This document shows, in pieces, positions 1 through 9,715 of a stretch of 64,000 nt of DNA. The DNA is from Alphaproteobacteria bacterium (GTDB taxonomy: Bacteria > Pseudomonadota > Alphaproteobacteria > RF32 > CAG-239): the NCBI GenBank assembly GCA_017484225.1, contig JAFUTN010000044.1, positions 4,802-68,801 on the forward strand. The letters are read 5' to 3'. The position numbers were made by a program, and so were the translations under genes. The notes below the pieces were generated by a model. It had not been told where the DNA came from, did not search any database, and saw only the letters and a program-made list of their open reading frames with translations. Each line of letters begins with the position of its first letter. Within the stretch, counting starts at the first letter, position 1.

Positions 1-500
1 ATGCACCTTCCCGCGGATTAATCGGATATCATTCCGAATTTTTGACCGACACTCGCGGAACCGGCGTTATGAATCGTATTTTTTACGAATTTGAGCCGTA
101 TAAGGGTGAAATTGACGAACGCCGGAACGGTGTTATGATTTCCAGCGAAGACGGCCAAGCAATCGCCTACTCTTTGTGGAAACTTCAAGACCGCGGACCA
201 ATGTTTGTGGAACACAACAGTCCGGTTTATGTCGGAATGATTATCGGTGAACATACAAAATACAACGACATTGAAGTTAACCCTACAAAATCAAAACAGT
301 TAACAAATATCCGTGCTGCCGGAAAAGATGAAGCCATTGATTTGATTCCTCCGCGTAAAATGAGTTTGGAGCAGGCTTTATCTTATATTCAAGCTGATGA
401 ATTATTGGAAGTTACACCGAAATCATTAAGGTTGCGCAAACGGATTTTAGATCCGATTGCCCGCAAGCGAGCCAATAATAAACCTACTGAAAATGCTTAA
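1..500 (+). CDS. typA: GTP-binding protein TypA/BipA, C-terminal part (CDS begins upstream of window)
   Basis: Frame 3 reads from base 3 as ...[34 protein letters not shown]..., the conserved C-terminal domain of the BipA/TypA translational GTPase. There is no start codon inside the window. The stop at 500 is followed by a hairpin terminator. Confidence 0.8.
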   Translation, partial: APSRGLIGYHSEFLTDTRGTGVMNRIFYEFEPYKGEIDERRNGVMISSEDGQAIAYSLWKLQDRGPMFVEHNSPVYVGMIIGEHTKYNDIEVNPTKSKQLTNIRAAGKDEAIDLIPPRKMSLEQALSYIQADELLEVTPKSLRLRKRILDPIARKRANNKPTENA

Positions 501-518
501 ATTTAAAACTATTACAAG

Positions 519-556
519 CAGACCTTAAACGTATCAGATTTAAGGTCTGTTTTTTG
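519..556. terminator. Bidirectional rho-independent terminator (cagaccttaaa / tttaaggtctg followed by a T-run)
   Basis: An 11-bp perfect inverted repeat with a T-run on the + strand and an A-run on the - strand, lying between the convergent typA and 574..1218 genes. Confidence 0.7.
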
Positions 557-573
557 TTCACGAAATGTATATG

Positions 574-1218
574 TTAATCAAATACCCACTCTATATAATT
601 TTCATTGTCTGAAGAAGTAAGAGCATCAGCTTCTTGCACGGTATAACGTATTTTGTATACACAAACTCCGTCTATCGCTTCGGCATTATCACCGCATCCC
701 TCTTTTTCCGGAATACACTTATTACCGAAAAGCAGGAAACCTGCTCCGCATCCGTTATTTTTACTTACACACGCATAGTTTTTGAATAAATATCCTTCTT
801 TACATTCAGAACAACGTCCGGTATTCGTGCATTCTTGACAACCAGTTCCGCAAGACAGACAATTATTATAATCATTTTCGTAATATTTTCCGGATGGACA
901 TTGTTGACACACACCATTCTTGCAAGGAACACAAGCCTGTGACAAAGTATATGCATGCATTGAGATTGCGTATCCTTCCTCACATTCAATACAACGCCCT
1001 CCTCCGCATTGTTTGCAATGAGAACCATATAATTCTTGACATGTATAACACCCGTCCCCCCGCATCCAGTCTAAAATATATCCTTCCTCACAACTTCCGC
1101 AATACCATGTTCCGCTGCAAGAAGCGCAATGTTTTCTACCGACTGCACATTGAGCATATACATAGCTTATTTGGGAAAATAAAAGCACATTTAATACTAA
1201 AATTATTTTTTTAATCAT
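574..1218 (-). CDS. Secreted cysteine-rich repeat protein (EGF/furin-like CxxC repeats) with a conserved C-terminal tag
   Basis: N-terminal signal peptide MIKKIILVLNVLLFSQISYVYA. About 40 Cys arranged in recurring C-x2-C...C-x2-C-x-E-G-Y units. The C-terminal YKIRYTVQEADALTSSDNENYIEWVFD is shared with the 54894..55616 protein. Confidence 0.6.
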   Translation of the reverse strand: MIKKIILVLNVLLFSQISYVYAQCAVGRKHCASCSGTWYCGSCEEGYILDWMRGDGCYTCQELYGSHCKQCGGGRCIECEEGYAISMHAYTLSQACVPCKNGVCQQCPSGKYYENDYNNCLSCGTGCQECTNTGRCSECKEGYLFKNYACVSKNNGCGAGFLLFGNKCIPEKEGCGDNAEAIDGVCVYKIRYTVQEADALTSSDNENYIEWVFD

Positions 1219-1535
1219 GGTTAAATCCTTTGCAATTTCTTATTAAAAGAATAACCACCTATCACAGGTGGCTGGAAGTTGCAAACTACTAACCATGAAT
1301 AGTGTATCGTATTCGGGAATCATACCTTTATTCCGATACCTTCCAGCTATACTGGAAACAAGGCGCTTAAAACTCAGCACCTTTTTATGGTTAGGAGGTT
1401 TGCACACCTCAAAACACCCTTTTCAGACGTTTCAAAAATATTGTAAGAAAAAATTTTATGCTTGTAAAGAAGAGATTTTAACATTATGCTTAGTCTATTG
1501 TTATGTAACAAACCTGATTCGATAAGGAATTAAAA

Positions 1536-2096
1536 ATGAAAAAAACGATTGTTTTAAGCTTAACCTGTCTGCTTATGTTACCGGCAGTTGCTTTTTCGGC
1601 CGAAAAAATGAGTTACACTGACGAAGCTTCAGCCCTCGGTTCTATTTCCGGACAAGGATTGGCTTGCCATGCAAAAAAATATCATCAGTATGAATTGCTG
1701 GCCAGAGCCATTGTAAAAAGCAAAGCAGTCAGCGACAAAGCGGAAGAAGACGGTTTTTATGCCTTTAACGACGGAAAAGCAAACGCTTTTATGGACATAT
1801 TAAACAATAATTTTTCCGAATGTGAAGAAATAAACTATTCGTTTAATCGCCAAAAAATATTCAAAAGCGTGCTTTATTCAGACGGTAAAATAAAAATGTT
1901 TGACGGAACCGTTATTACTCCGCGCCAACCGTATAACGCTGCCGACTTATACAAAAAAGATCCGGAAGCATACTTGAAAGCGGAAGCTGCCTATAAACAG
2001 GCAATCAGCAATGCCGAAAAAAATGCCGCAACCAAAGAAAAAATTCCATTGCGCGATTCTAATTACAGCCGCTTTGCCAATCAATTTGAAAACTAA
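1536..2096 (+). CDS. Secreted hypothetical protein (signal peptide)
   Basis: 186-aa ORF with RBS-like ggaattaaaaATG, N-terminal signal peptide MKKTIVLSLTCLLMLPAVAFSA, and no recognisable catalytic motif. Confidence 0.5.
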   Translation: MKKTIVLSLTCLLMLPAVAFSAEKMSYTDEASALGSISGQGLACHAKKYHQYELLARAIVKSKAVSDKAEEDGFYAFNDGKANAFMDILNNNFSECEEINYSFNRQKIFKSVLYSDGKIKMFDGTVITPRQPYNAADLYKKDPEAYLKAEAAYKQAISNAEKNAATKEKIPLRDSNYSRFANQFEN

Positions 2097-2114
2097 AATT
2101 TAAGGGAGTTATTT

Positions 2115-3794
2115 ATGGCCGCATACCAATATATATTTGTAATGCAAAATCTGACCAAAGTTCTGCCGGGGGGACGTGAACTGTTCAAAAACATTACTTT
2201 GTCTTTTTTGCCGGGAGCAAAAATCGGAGTTTTGGGAGTCAACGGCGCCGGAAAGTCTACACTGCTGAAAATCATGGCCGGCGTTGATAAAGATTATAAC
2301 GGCGAAGCTTGGGCTGCCGATGGCGTTAAAATCGGTTATTTGGAACAAGAACCACAGTTAGATCCGAATAAAAACGTTATGGAAAACGTTATGGACGGAC
2401 TTGGTGAAATTAAAGATTTGTTACAAAGATTTGAGGAAGTTTCCGCAAAATTTGCCGAACCGATGAGTGACGAGGAAATGAATGCTCTCATAGAAGAACA
2501 AGCTGACTTGCAAGAAAAAATTGATGCTTGCAACGGTTGGGATTTTGAGCGCACAATTCAAATAGCAATGGATGCTTTGCGCTGTCCACCGGCTGATGCC
2601 GACGTAACAAAGCTTTCCGGCGGCGAAAAACGAAGAGTTGCCCTTTGCCGCTTATTATTGCAAAAACCGGATATGTTGTTGTTGGATGAACCTACAAACC
2701 ATTTGGATGCTGAATCCGTGGCATGGCTGGAACGCCATTTACGTGAATATAACGGCACAGTGGTGATGGTAACTCACGACAGATATTTTCTTGATAATGT
2801 AACCGGATGGATTTTGGAACTTGACCGCGGTCAAGGTATCCCTTATGAAGGAAATTACACTTCTTGGTTGGAACAAAAAGAAAAACGACTTGCCCAAGAA
2901 GCCAGAGAAGAAAACTCACGTCAACGCACATTGGCTCTTGAATTAGAGTGGATTCATAAAAATCCTAAAGCTCGTCAGGCAAAATCAAAAGCACGTATTA
3001 ATGCTTATGATGAATTGCTGTCACAAGCAGCAAAAGAAAAAATCACCACGGCTCATATAAATATTCCGATGACCGAACGTTTGGGCGATTTGGTAATTGA
3101 AGCCAATCATATCAGCAAAGCCTTCGGAGACAAAGTTTTGATTGATGATTTATCATTCAAGATTCCCAAAGGTGCTATTGTCGGTATTATCGGTCCGAAC
3201 GGAGCCGGAAAAACAACTTTGTTTAAAATGATTACCGGACAGGAAAAACCGGATTCAGGCGAAATCAGAATCGGTGACACCGTTGATTTGGGATACGTTG
3301 ATCAATCTCGCGACGAACTCAGTGCCGACAAAAATGTTTGGGAAGAAATTTCTGACGGCTTGGATATGATTTGGCTCGGTAAAAACGAAGTATCTTCACG
3401 CTCTTATGTGGGACAATTTAATTTTAAGGGGGCGGACCAACAGAAAAAGGTCGGCAACCTTTCCGGCGGTGAACGCAATCGCGTTCACTTGGCAAAAATG
3501 CTCAGAAAAGGTGCTAATGTCATTTTGCTTGACGAGCCGACCAATGACTTGGATGTTGATACTTTGCGCTCACTGGAAGAAGGTATCATCAATTATCCGG
3601 GGTGCGTTTTGGTTACATCACATGACCGTTGGTTTTTAGACCGTTTAGCAACACATATCTTAGCTTATGAAGACAACGGACATGTTGAATGGTTTGAAGG
3701 TAACTTTGAAGAATACGAAAAGGATAAAAAAGCCCGCTTGGGTGAAGATGCCTGCAATCCGCACCGCATTAAATACAAAAAATTAACCAACTAA
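2115..3794 (+). CDS. ettA: Energy-dependent translational throttle protein EttA (ABC-F ATPase)
   Basis: Two ABC cassettes with Walker [10 protein letters not shown] and GPNGAGKTT, signature LSGGEKRRV and LSGGERNRV. Family-typical N-terminus MAAYQYIF and an inter-domain arm/linker. 559 aa. Confidence 0.9.
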   Translation: MAAYQYIFVMQNLTKVLPGGRELFKNITLSFLPGAKIGVLGVNGAGKSTLLKIMAGVDKDYNGEAWAADGVKIGYLEQEPQLDPNKNVMENVMDGLGEIKDLLQRFEEVSAKFAEPMSDEEMNALIEEQADLQEKIDACNGWDFERTIQIAMDALRCPPADADVTKLSGGEKRRVALCRLLLQKPDMLLLDEPTNHLDAESVAWLERHLREYNGTVVMVTHDRYFLDNVTGWILELDRGQGIPYEGNYTSWLEQKEKRLAQEAREENSRQRTLALELEWIHKNPKARQAKSKARINAYDELLSQAAKEKITTAHINIPMTERLGDLVIEANHISKAFGDKVLIDDLSFKIPKGAIVGIIGPNGAGKTTLFKMITGQEKPDSGEIRIGDTVDLGYVDQSRDELSADKNVWEEISDGLDMIWLGKNEVSSRSYVGQFNFKGADQQKKVGNLSGGERNRVHLAKMLRKGANVILLDEPTNDLDVDTLRSLEEGIINYPGCVLVTSHDRWFLDRLATHILAYEDNGHVEWFEGNFEEYEKDKKARLGEDACNPHRIKYKKLTN

Positions 3795-3812
3795 CAGAAA
3801 AGGACCAGTTTC

Positions 3813-4637
3813 ATGAAACAAAATAATACTATCACCCCGAGTAATATTGCCGGAACAGCCGGTAAAATAATCTCATTACCGTTAATATTGATTGCTGTTG
3901 CCGGTTTGGCGATTTCTTCCGCTAAACAAATTGACACCGGAAAACGCGGTATCCGCACATGGTGGGGAGAAATTACCTCTAAAGAACCGCTGTCTGAAGG
4001 TTTATATTTTTATGTTCCCGTTGCCGGCAACATTGTTGAATACGATTGCAAAACTCAGCTTTATGCCGAAACATTTGCAACTTATACAAAAGATATGCAA
4101 ACTGCGGATATCAATATTGCCATTAACTATTCACTTGATCCGAACGGTGTGGTTGATTTGCACCGCAAAATCGGCAGCACGTATGAGCAAAAAGTTTTGT
4201 TTCCGGCTATCAGCGGCGGCGTTAAAGATGTTATCGGTAAATGGGATGCCGCCTCATTGGTGGAAAACAGAGATAAAGCGGCAAAACAAATTTTGGAGAA
4301 TCTGTCAAAAGAACTGAGTAACAGTCATATTCTTTTGGAAAGCGTAGCCATTCGTAATATTGATTATTCGGATACTTTTGAGCGTTCCATTGAGGCTAAA
4401 GTGGTTGCGAAACAAAAAGCCGAAGAAGCAAAAAACCGCACGGTTGAGGTTCAAGAAGAAGCCAAACAAAAAGTATTAAGCGCAGAAGCTGAAGCAAAAT
4501 CAATGCAAATTCGTGCAGAAGCATTGGCGCAAAACAAAAGCCTTGTTTCTTATGAAGCCGTGCAAAAATGGGACGGTAAATTACCGGTTAATATCTACGG
4601 CAGCGCTCCGATACCTTTTATTAATGCCGTAAAATAA
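3813..4637 (+). CDS. SPFH/band-7 (prohibitin/HflC-like) membrane protein
   Basis: N-terminal TM segment, then an SPFH core and a C-terminal Ala/Glu/Lys-rich coiled coil (EEAKNRTVEVQEEAKQKVLSAEAEAKS), as in HflK/C and prohibitin homologues. Confidence 0.65.
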   Translation: MKQNNTITPSNIAGTAGKIISLPLILIAVAGLAISSAKQIDTGKRGIRTWWGEITSKEPLSEGLYFYVPVAGNIVEYDCKTQLYAETFATYTKDMQTADINIAINYSLDPNGVVDLHRKIGSTYEQKVLFPAISGGVKDVIGKWDAASLVENRDKAAKQILENLSKELSNSHILLESVAIRNIDYSDTFERSIEAKVVAKQKAEEAKNRTVEVQEEAKQKVLSAEAEAKSMQIRAEALAQNKSLVSYEAVQKWDGKLPVNIYGSAPIPFINAVK

Positions 4638-4660
4638 AATACATTAACTTACAAGAAAAA

Positions 4661-4686
4661 GGCCGGTAAATTACCGGCTTTTTTGT
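4661..4686. terminator. Bidirectional hairpin terminator (ggccggtaa / ttaccggcc followed by a T-run)
   Basis: Perfect GC-rich inverted repeat followed by TTTTTT, lying between the convergent 3813..4637 and 4690..6150 genes. Confidence 0.7.
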
Positions 4687-4689
4687 GGT

Positions 4690-6150
4690 TTATTTCTCTG
4701 TCAACGGCGGAGGCATCAGAATATCAAGGCTTAAGTTATTGACGGATATAAATGCAATTATCAAGCAAATAACGGCGTATATGTGCAACATACTCACCCA
4801 ACTTCGGTTAATATTTTCCGGTAAAGACTGATAAAGCTTAAGTTCCCACCTGTTAATGCCGTGAATACATAAAACTATCAGTATTAATTGCGGAAAAATT
4901 CCGATACTGCGGAAGGTTTCGGAAAACGGAGAAATCATTTTGATTAAAGCCGAGAAAAACAAAAAATATCCGGCGGCAAAAGCATAATATTTAGTGTTTT
5001 TCTGGGTTTGTTCTTTCTTGATTTTTGCCTTTGCCGAATTTTCACCGGAAGCAATTTTTGCAACCTCCACACCACGAACTTTAACCGGTTCTGCCTGCTG
5101 TTTTTTATACTCTTTCATTTCGGCTTTTATTTTTTCATCAAGCATACACAGACCGCAACCTTTTGCCGTAAAATACGCATGATTAGGATTTTTTTTGCAC
5201 TTTTCCATGTGATTATATAAATAATCAAGATGATTTTGCCACTCCAAAGCTGACGGACGTTCATTACCTTTTGTAAAAGCACGTTCAAACAAATTCATTG
5301 TAGTTTTATCAAAATAATCATGAATACTGTATGGATGCGGTTTTTGATATTCATCCGCCCAAATTCCGTAAGCATAGTGATATTGTGCTATCCGCTCTTG
5401 CAATGACAGCATATCACCTTTTTTGCGCGGCGTTCCGCTGAACGGATGAATTCCTTCATTAAGTAACTTGAAAATAATTACGGCCAAAGCAAATTTATCT
5501 TGTTCTTCTCCCATTTGTTCACAAGTTTGCGTCATTCCTTCCGGATAAATATATTCTTCGCTCACATATTCAGCCGGATAGCGAGCTCCCTGTTCCCCTT
5601 TAATACTGAAGCCGTCACAATCAAACATAGCCATAAGCATTGTCTCTTTATATACGGACACATTTGAAGGTTTAAGGTCCACAATATAGTGTCCGCAAGC
5701 ATGCAATGCGGCAACAACGGTGGTAATATTAAATGCGGCACAAACACGATCGGCATAGTTTTCGGTGATACCCAGCTTTTTGCGCACGGCTTTTTGCATT
5801 AAATAATCAAGTGAAATTGCTTTTTCCGTATCTATCAAAGGCATCAGATAACCGACACAATAGCCTTGAGAATCTTCCAATAATGCTGTCGGCCAAGCGA
5901 TTTGTATATATTCTTCTCCTTTAAATTCTCGGGTAGGAATATCCGGACGATTCTGCAGCATAGCCTCCAATTTTTTGCGATTTGTTTCGCTTTTGTTGCG
6001 GTCATGATAAATTTTTGCCACACTTTTTTCGTGCGTAGTATCACGATAAATTTTTCCGGAAGCTCCTCCTTTGTTTAATAACTCACCCAACACCACCGTT
6101 TCGTGATGTCCGTCAGGATATAATGCTAAATATTGTGTATTGTCGGTCAT
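4690..6150 (-). CDS. Hanks-type Ser/Thr protein kinase with a C-terminal membrane anchor (kinase of a TerY-P triad)
   Basis: Kinase subdomains: the VAIK equivalent (SVAKIY) and a catalytic-loop HRDLKPxN equivalent (VDLKPSNV). The C-terminal ~90 residues hold 2-3 hydrophobic helices. The start codon overlaps the stop of the upstream PP2C gene (ATGA). Confidence 0.75.
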   Translation of the reverse strand: MTDNTQYLALYPDGHHETVVLGELLNKGGASGKIYRDTTHEKSVAKIYHDRNKSETNRKKLEAMLQNRPDIPTREFKGEEYIQIAWPTALLEDSQGYCVGYLMPLIDTEKAISLDYLMQKAVRKKLGITENYADRVCAAFNITTVVAALHACGHYIVDLKPSNVSVYKETMLMAMFDCDGFSIKGEQGARYPAEYVSEEYIYPEGMTQTCEQMGEEQDKFALAVIIFKLLNEGIHPFSGTPRKKGDMLSLQERIAQYHYAYGIWADEYQKPHPYSIHDYFDKTTMNLFERAFTKGNERPSALEWQNHLDYLYNHMEKCKKNPNHAYFTAKGCGLCMLDEKIKAEMKEYKKQQAEPVKVRGVEVAKIASGENSAKAKIKKEQTQKNTKYYAFAAGYFLFFSALIKMISPFSETFRSIGIFPQLILIVLCIHGINRWELKLYQSLPENINRSWVSMLHIYAVICLIIAFISVNNLSLDILMPPPLTEK

Positions 6151-6896
6151 GAAATTTTAGCCCATAAAATTGTTTTATCATCAGCGTTAATGCGCTGTGC
6201 TTTTTGATTATTCAACGTATTTTGCAATGCTTCCAGAGCATATATTTTACTTTGTTCATTTTCCAAATATTCGGCTATCGGAATTAAAAAATTATAGCGA
6301 ACGGAGGTGTAATCGTTATTAAATGCAAAGCAGGTAACCCCATCAGTCATCAACATAATTCGGTCGGCATTTTCAAATTCTTGAAAACGTAAACAATCTG
6401 CCCAATCAGTCATGGTATAAAAAAATGTTTCACAGGCAAAAGCTCCGTTTTCCGGCTCGGAAATTATAAAATTGTCATAGTTTCCGTGCTTAAAAGCAAC
6501 TCCGGCTCCATCTCCTATGTGAAAAAAAATCCCCTTGCCTTTGTAATAAAATACCCCCACCAACGTTGCCGAGAAATCAACCAACCCTTGCTCATCCTTA
6601 CTTTCATTCATTTTATGAACAATTAATTTTTGTCTGGCTATATTTATGGCTTTTATAACGTCTGAGCGAATATCGCCGGCATCAGACTTCAACAATTCCG
6701 TGCATAACGTCTCACACACATTTTTGGCACCGATTCTGCCGAACTTTGCCGATCCGGCACCGTCAGAAACCACAGCCACCATTTTTTGCCCTTTGCTTTT
6801 GGCGCACCCGTAATCTTGGCAGGGCAGCCCCCTCGCCTGATGCAACGCCCCGCAAATACTGGCTGTTATAAACGATATGTGGTGATCATTACTCAT
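6147..6896 (-). CDS. PP2C-family Ser/Thr protein phosphatase
   Basis: PPM signatures VVSDGAGS and MLMTDGV (the metal-binding Asp residues). The gene lies between the vWA and kinase genes with 4-bp overlaps. Confidence 0.75.
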   Translation of the reverse strand: MSNDHHISFITASICGALHQARGLPCQDYGCAKSKGQKMVAVVSDGAGSAKFGRIGAKNVCETLCTELLKSDAGDIRSDVIKAINIARQKLIVHKMNESKDEQGLVDFSATLVGVFYYKGKGIFFHIGDGAGVAFKHGNYDNFIISEPENGAFACETFFYTMTDWADCLRFQEFENADRIMLMTDGVTCFAFNNDYTSVRYNFLIPIAEYLENEQSKIYALEALQNTLNNQKAQRINADDKTILWAKIS

Positions 6897-6899
6897 ATT

Positions 6900-7595
6900 T
6901 TACTTTGTCTCATTCCAATCATTAATATCATCAAGATAGCTGTTGGCATTCGGGGCCGCTTTAGATATACACGAAACACTGCGACTGAGCCAGAGGAAAA
7001 ACTCGGTAAATTTAAGACCGGTTAAACGCTTTGGCGGCAACAATGAAAACTTGGCAAGTTTTTCCAAATTGGCATCTTGAGTTCCGATAGCATGAATCAC
7101 AACCTTTTTGTTTTTTTGTGCATACCGGCAAAGCTCTGCCGAATCTTCCCAACCGTAATCAGTAGGCTCTCCGTCACTGATTAAAAAAATCCACGGACGT
7201 TTTGAGGTAATACCGCAGTTATCATACAAACATTTTTGGTCCTCAATTTTTTTCAAAGCAAGTTCCATAGCTTTACCCAAAGGAGTTAAGCCGCCTGCTT
7301 CCATAGTCGGTGCCGTAAAATTCATAGCATCCGTCCAATCGGTAGAAACAACAACTTCATCTTTGCCGAAAGCTTTAATAATCAAAATTTGCACACGTGA
7401 ACTGGCATCAATATCCTCTTTCAATTCTTTTTCTAAGGCCGCCAATCCGGCAATAAGCTGTTTTATCGGTTCTCCACGCATGGAACCCGAACAATCCAAA
7501 ACCAATATGCAAGGAGTTCGTTCATTAGCATTATCGGCAAATTCCACAAAAGGAATCGTTGCCGGAGAATTTTCTTGTTTATTTTCTTCTGTCAT
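6900..7595 (-). CDS. von Willebrand factor A domain protein (TerY-like), cytoplasmic
   Basis: MIDAS motif DCSGSM at the N-terminus of a vWA fold, with no signal peptide. First gene of the vWA-PP2C-kinase operon. Confidence 0.7.
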   Translation of the reverse strand: MTEENKQENSPATIPFVEFADNANERTPCILVLDCSGSMRGEPIKQLIAGLAALEKELKEDIDASSRVQILIIKAFGKDEVVVSTDWTDAMNFTAPTMEAGGLTPLGKAMELALKKIEDQKCLYDNCGITSKRPWIFLISDGEPTDYGWEDSAELCRYAQKNKKVVIHAIGTQDANLEKLAKFSLLPPKRLTGLKFTEFFLWLSRSVSCISKAAPNANSYLDDINDWNETK

Positions 7596-7817
7596 TGTAT
7601 TTCCTTTCTAATCGTGCGGATAATTATGCGGAAAATCACTGCCTTCAATCGGCGACGGTTCGGAATATCTGCCGCAAGCCGAGAGAACATTGCACAAAGA
7701 AACGGCAAACAACACCAAAAATATTTTTTGCAAAATTTTCATTTATTAACCTTTTATTTTCACTATTTGTTTATACATAAATTCACTGTGAACAATTTAA
7801 CAGAAAGATGTTAACGA

Positions 7818-8369
7818 ATGAATAATATTTTAAAAACTTTGAGTATTTTGTTGATTGCTTTAACGTTTTTTGCAAATGCCGATGCTAAGCTTAACTTGTT
7901 TGCGCAACCCCGTTACATTCCGGAGCTGAGTTACTATAGCGACAGCGGCAAAAAGCACAAATTAACCGAATATAAAAGTGATTTGTTACTTGCTGTATTG
8001 TGGTCACGTTTTTGCGGTCCCTGCATAGGTGACATGAAACACTTGCAAAAATTTGCCGACAAAACAAAAAATAAAGGCATCAAAGTTATTATTATTTCTC
8101 CGGATGAAGAATGGAAAAGCATTGATGAACGCCGTAACTTTTTGAAAAAAATAGGCGCTCCGAATTTGGAATCCTACACAGATCGTAAATCAAACTTTGC
8201 ACACGGAATGGGAATTATGGTAACACCGGTGGCTGTTATGGTAAACCGCAACGGCGAAGAAATCGGACAGATTTCCGGTTCAGTGGAATGGGATGATGAT
8301 GAAGTCGTTGATTACATGATTAAGCTGAAAAATACGCAATATCAAACAATTCCGAATAAGTCAAAATAA
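7818..8369 (+). CDS. Periplasmic thioredoxin-like thiol:disulfide oxidoreductase (TlpA/ResA family)
   Basis: Signal peptide plus a WSRFCGPCIGD CxxC active site in a thioredoxin fold. Confidence 0.7.
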   Translation: MNNILKTLSILLIALTFFANADAKLNLFAQPRYIPELSYYSDSGKKHKLTEYKSDLLLAVLWSRFCGPCIGDMKHLQKFADKTKNKGIKVIIISPDEEWKSIDERRNFLKKIGAPNLESYTDRKSNFAHGMGIMVTPVAVMVNRNGEEIGQISGSVEWDDDEVVDYMIKLKNTQYQTIPNKSK

Positions 8370-8954
8370 CTTGATAAGCGCAAATCCGCCGATAAGCAAA
8401 ATCAAAAACAACACCGAAAGCCAGCCGAGATTCTTTTCAATAAACTCCCGCATCGGCTCGCCGAATTTGTATAACAACCATGCAATTAAATAAAAACGCA
8501 AACCGCGGGCAATTACCGAGGCCACGGTAAACACAACCAGATTAAGATGAACGGCACCGCTGGCGATAGTAATAATTTTGTAAGGAAACGGTGTAATACC
8601 GGCACCAAAAACTATCCACGCGCCGTATTGATTATACAAATCCTTAAATTCATTAAATTTAGCCATAGCCCCATAAAAATCCAATATGGGAACAGCTATC
8701 AAATCAAACCCCAATCTGCCGATAGCATAACCGAGATAAGCACCTATCACACTGCCGATTGTTGCAATACCGGCTAATTTCCAAGCTTCTTTAGGTGTTG
8801 CCAAAATCATCGGAATCAGCATAACATCAGGCGGAATCGGGAAAAATGAGCTTTCAATAAAAGCAACGGCAAACAAACAAATTAAGGCATGCCTGTTGGC
8901 AGAAAGATTAATAACCCAATCATAAATTCTGCGGACAAATTGTGTAAAGTTCAT
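8361..8954 (-). CDS. DedA/SNARE-associated family inner-membrane protein
   Basis: Polytopic membrane protein carrying the DedA-family signature region (GYAIGRLGFDLIAVPILDFYGA...). Confidence 0.6.
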   Translation of the reverse strand: MNFTQFVRRIYDWVINLSANRHALICLFAVAFIESSFFPIPPDVMLIPMILATPKEAWKLAGIATIGSVIGAYLGYAIGRLGFDLIAVPILDFYGAMAKFNEFKDLYNQYGAWIVFGAGITPFPYKIITIASGAVHLNLVVFTVASVIARGLRFYLIAWLLYKFGEPMREFIEKNLGWLSVLFLILLIGGFALIKLF

Positions 8955-8993
8955 TTTATCTCCATACGAATACCACCTTTATTTACCTTATTT

Positions 8994-9665
8994 TTAGCGC
9001 AAAAATTTTTCAATTTCAGCAACATCTTCTTGGCTATCCACATAAAATATTTTTTTATGAGCAATTTGCGGTTGAATACCTATAAACTGTTTAGAATATT
9101 CTATACAAACAGCTTTCGGCTCATTTTTGCTTAAATAGAGTCTGGCCGCAGATTCACAATGAACCTGAAAATATTTATACTGTGCTTGTTGCAGTTGTTC
9201 AGCAAACTTGCAACACTTTTCGCGGTAATCATTTAACAGCATTATATGGTGTTGTTTATGCCCGATACAATAACTTTCCACAATATCCACCAAGTCGCCG
9301 ATATCAAACGGAGAATGTAAATAATGCGCAATGGCCGGATGCTGCAGAAATTCGTATTGCCGCGGTTTTATGGCGATAATCGGAAATTTTTCCTCAGCAC
9401 CGAGTTCAGGTATAAGCCTATCCAAAAATGCGCGCACCGGATTATAATTTTCATCCACATAAAAAATCATTACATCCGGTTTAATTTCGTAAGTGTAGCG
9501 TAAAAGCTGATAAATATTATCGGTTCCAAACAGCAAAAAGCCGCGTTTTTCAAAAATTTCCTGAAATTTTTTCAGGCGTTCCCTGTCTGTGTCATAGGCA
9601 AAAATCCGTCCGCAATATGTTCGCCTCATCTCTGTACCCTTTCCTTTTATCAGAATATAATCCAC
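8994..9665 (-). CDS. Hypothetical protein, possibly a degenerate CheY-like receiver fold
   Basis: Cytoplasmic 223-aa ORF. Alternating beta-alpha pattern with acidic residues where receiver domains carry them (YDTD...MIFYVD...PIIAIKP), but no clear output domain. Confidence 0.3.
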   Translation of the reverse strand: MDYILIKGKGTEMRRTYCGRIFAYDTDRERLKKFQEIFEKRGFLLFGTDNIYQLLRYTYEIKPDVMIFYVDENYNPVRAFLDRLIPELGAEEKFPIIAIKPRQYEFLQHPAIAHYLHSPFDIGDLVDIVESYCIGHKQHHIMLLNDYREKCCKFAEQLQQAQYKYFQVHCESAARLYLSKNEPKAVCIEYSKQFIGIQPQIAHKKIFYVDSQEDVAEIEKFLR

Positions 9666-9715
9666 AGAGTTTGAATTTAAAGCGGAACACCTTGTAAAAA
9701 ACGGATTATTTTCTC

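Noticed and set aside
765-1214. Overlapping ORFs 765..1028(-) and 894..1214(+) inside the Cys-rich gene, and similar nested ORFs inside ettA, gyrB, glgP and the autotransporter
   Set aside because: They lie wholly within longer ORFs that have clear domain content, in alternative frames or antisense. Such nested ORFs are expected by chance in long genes.
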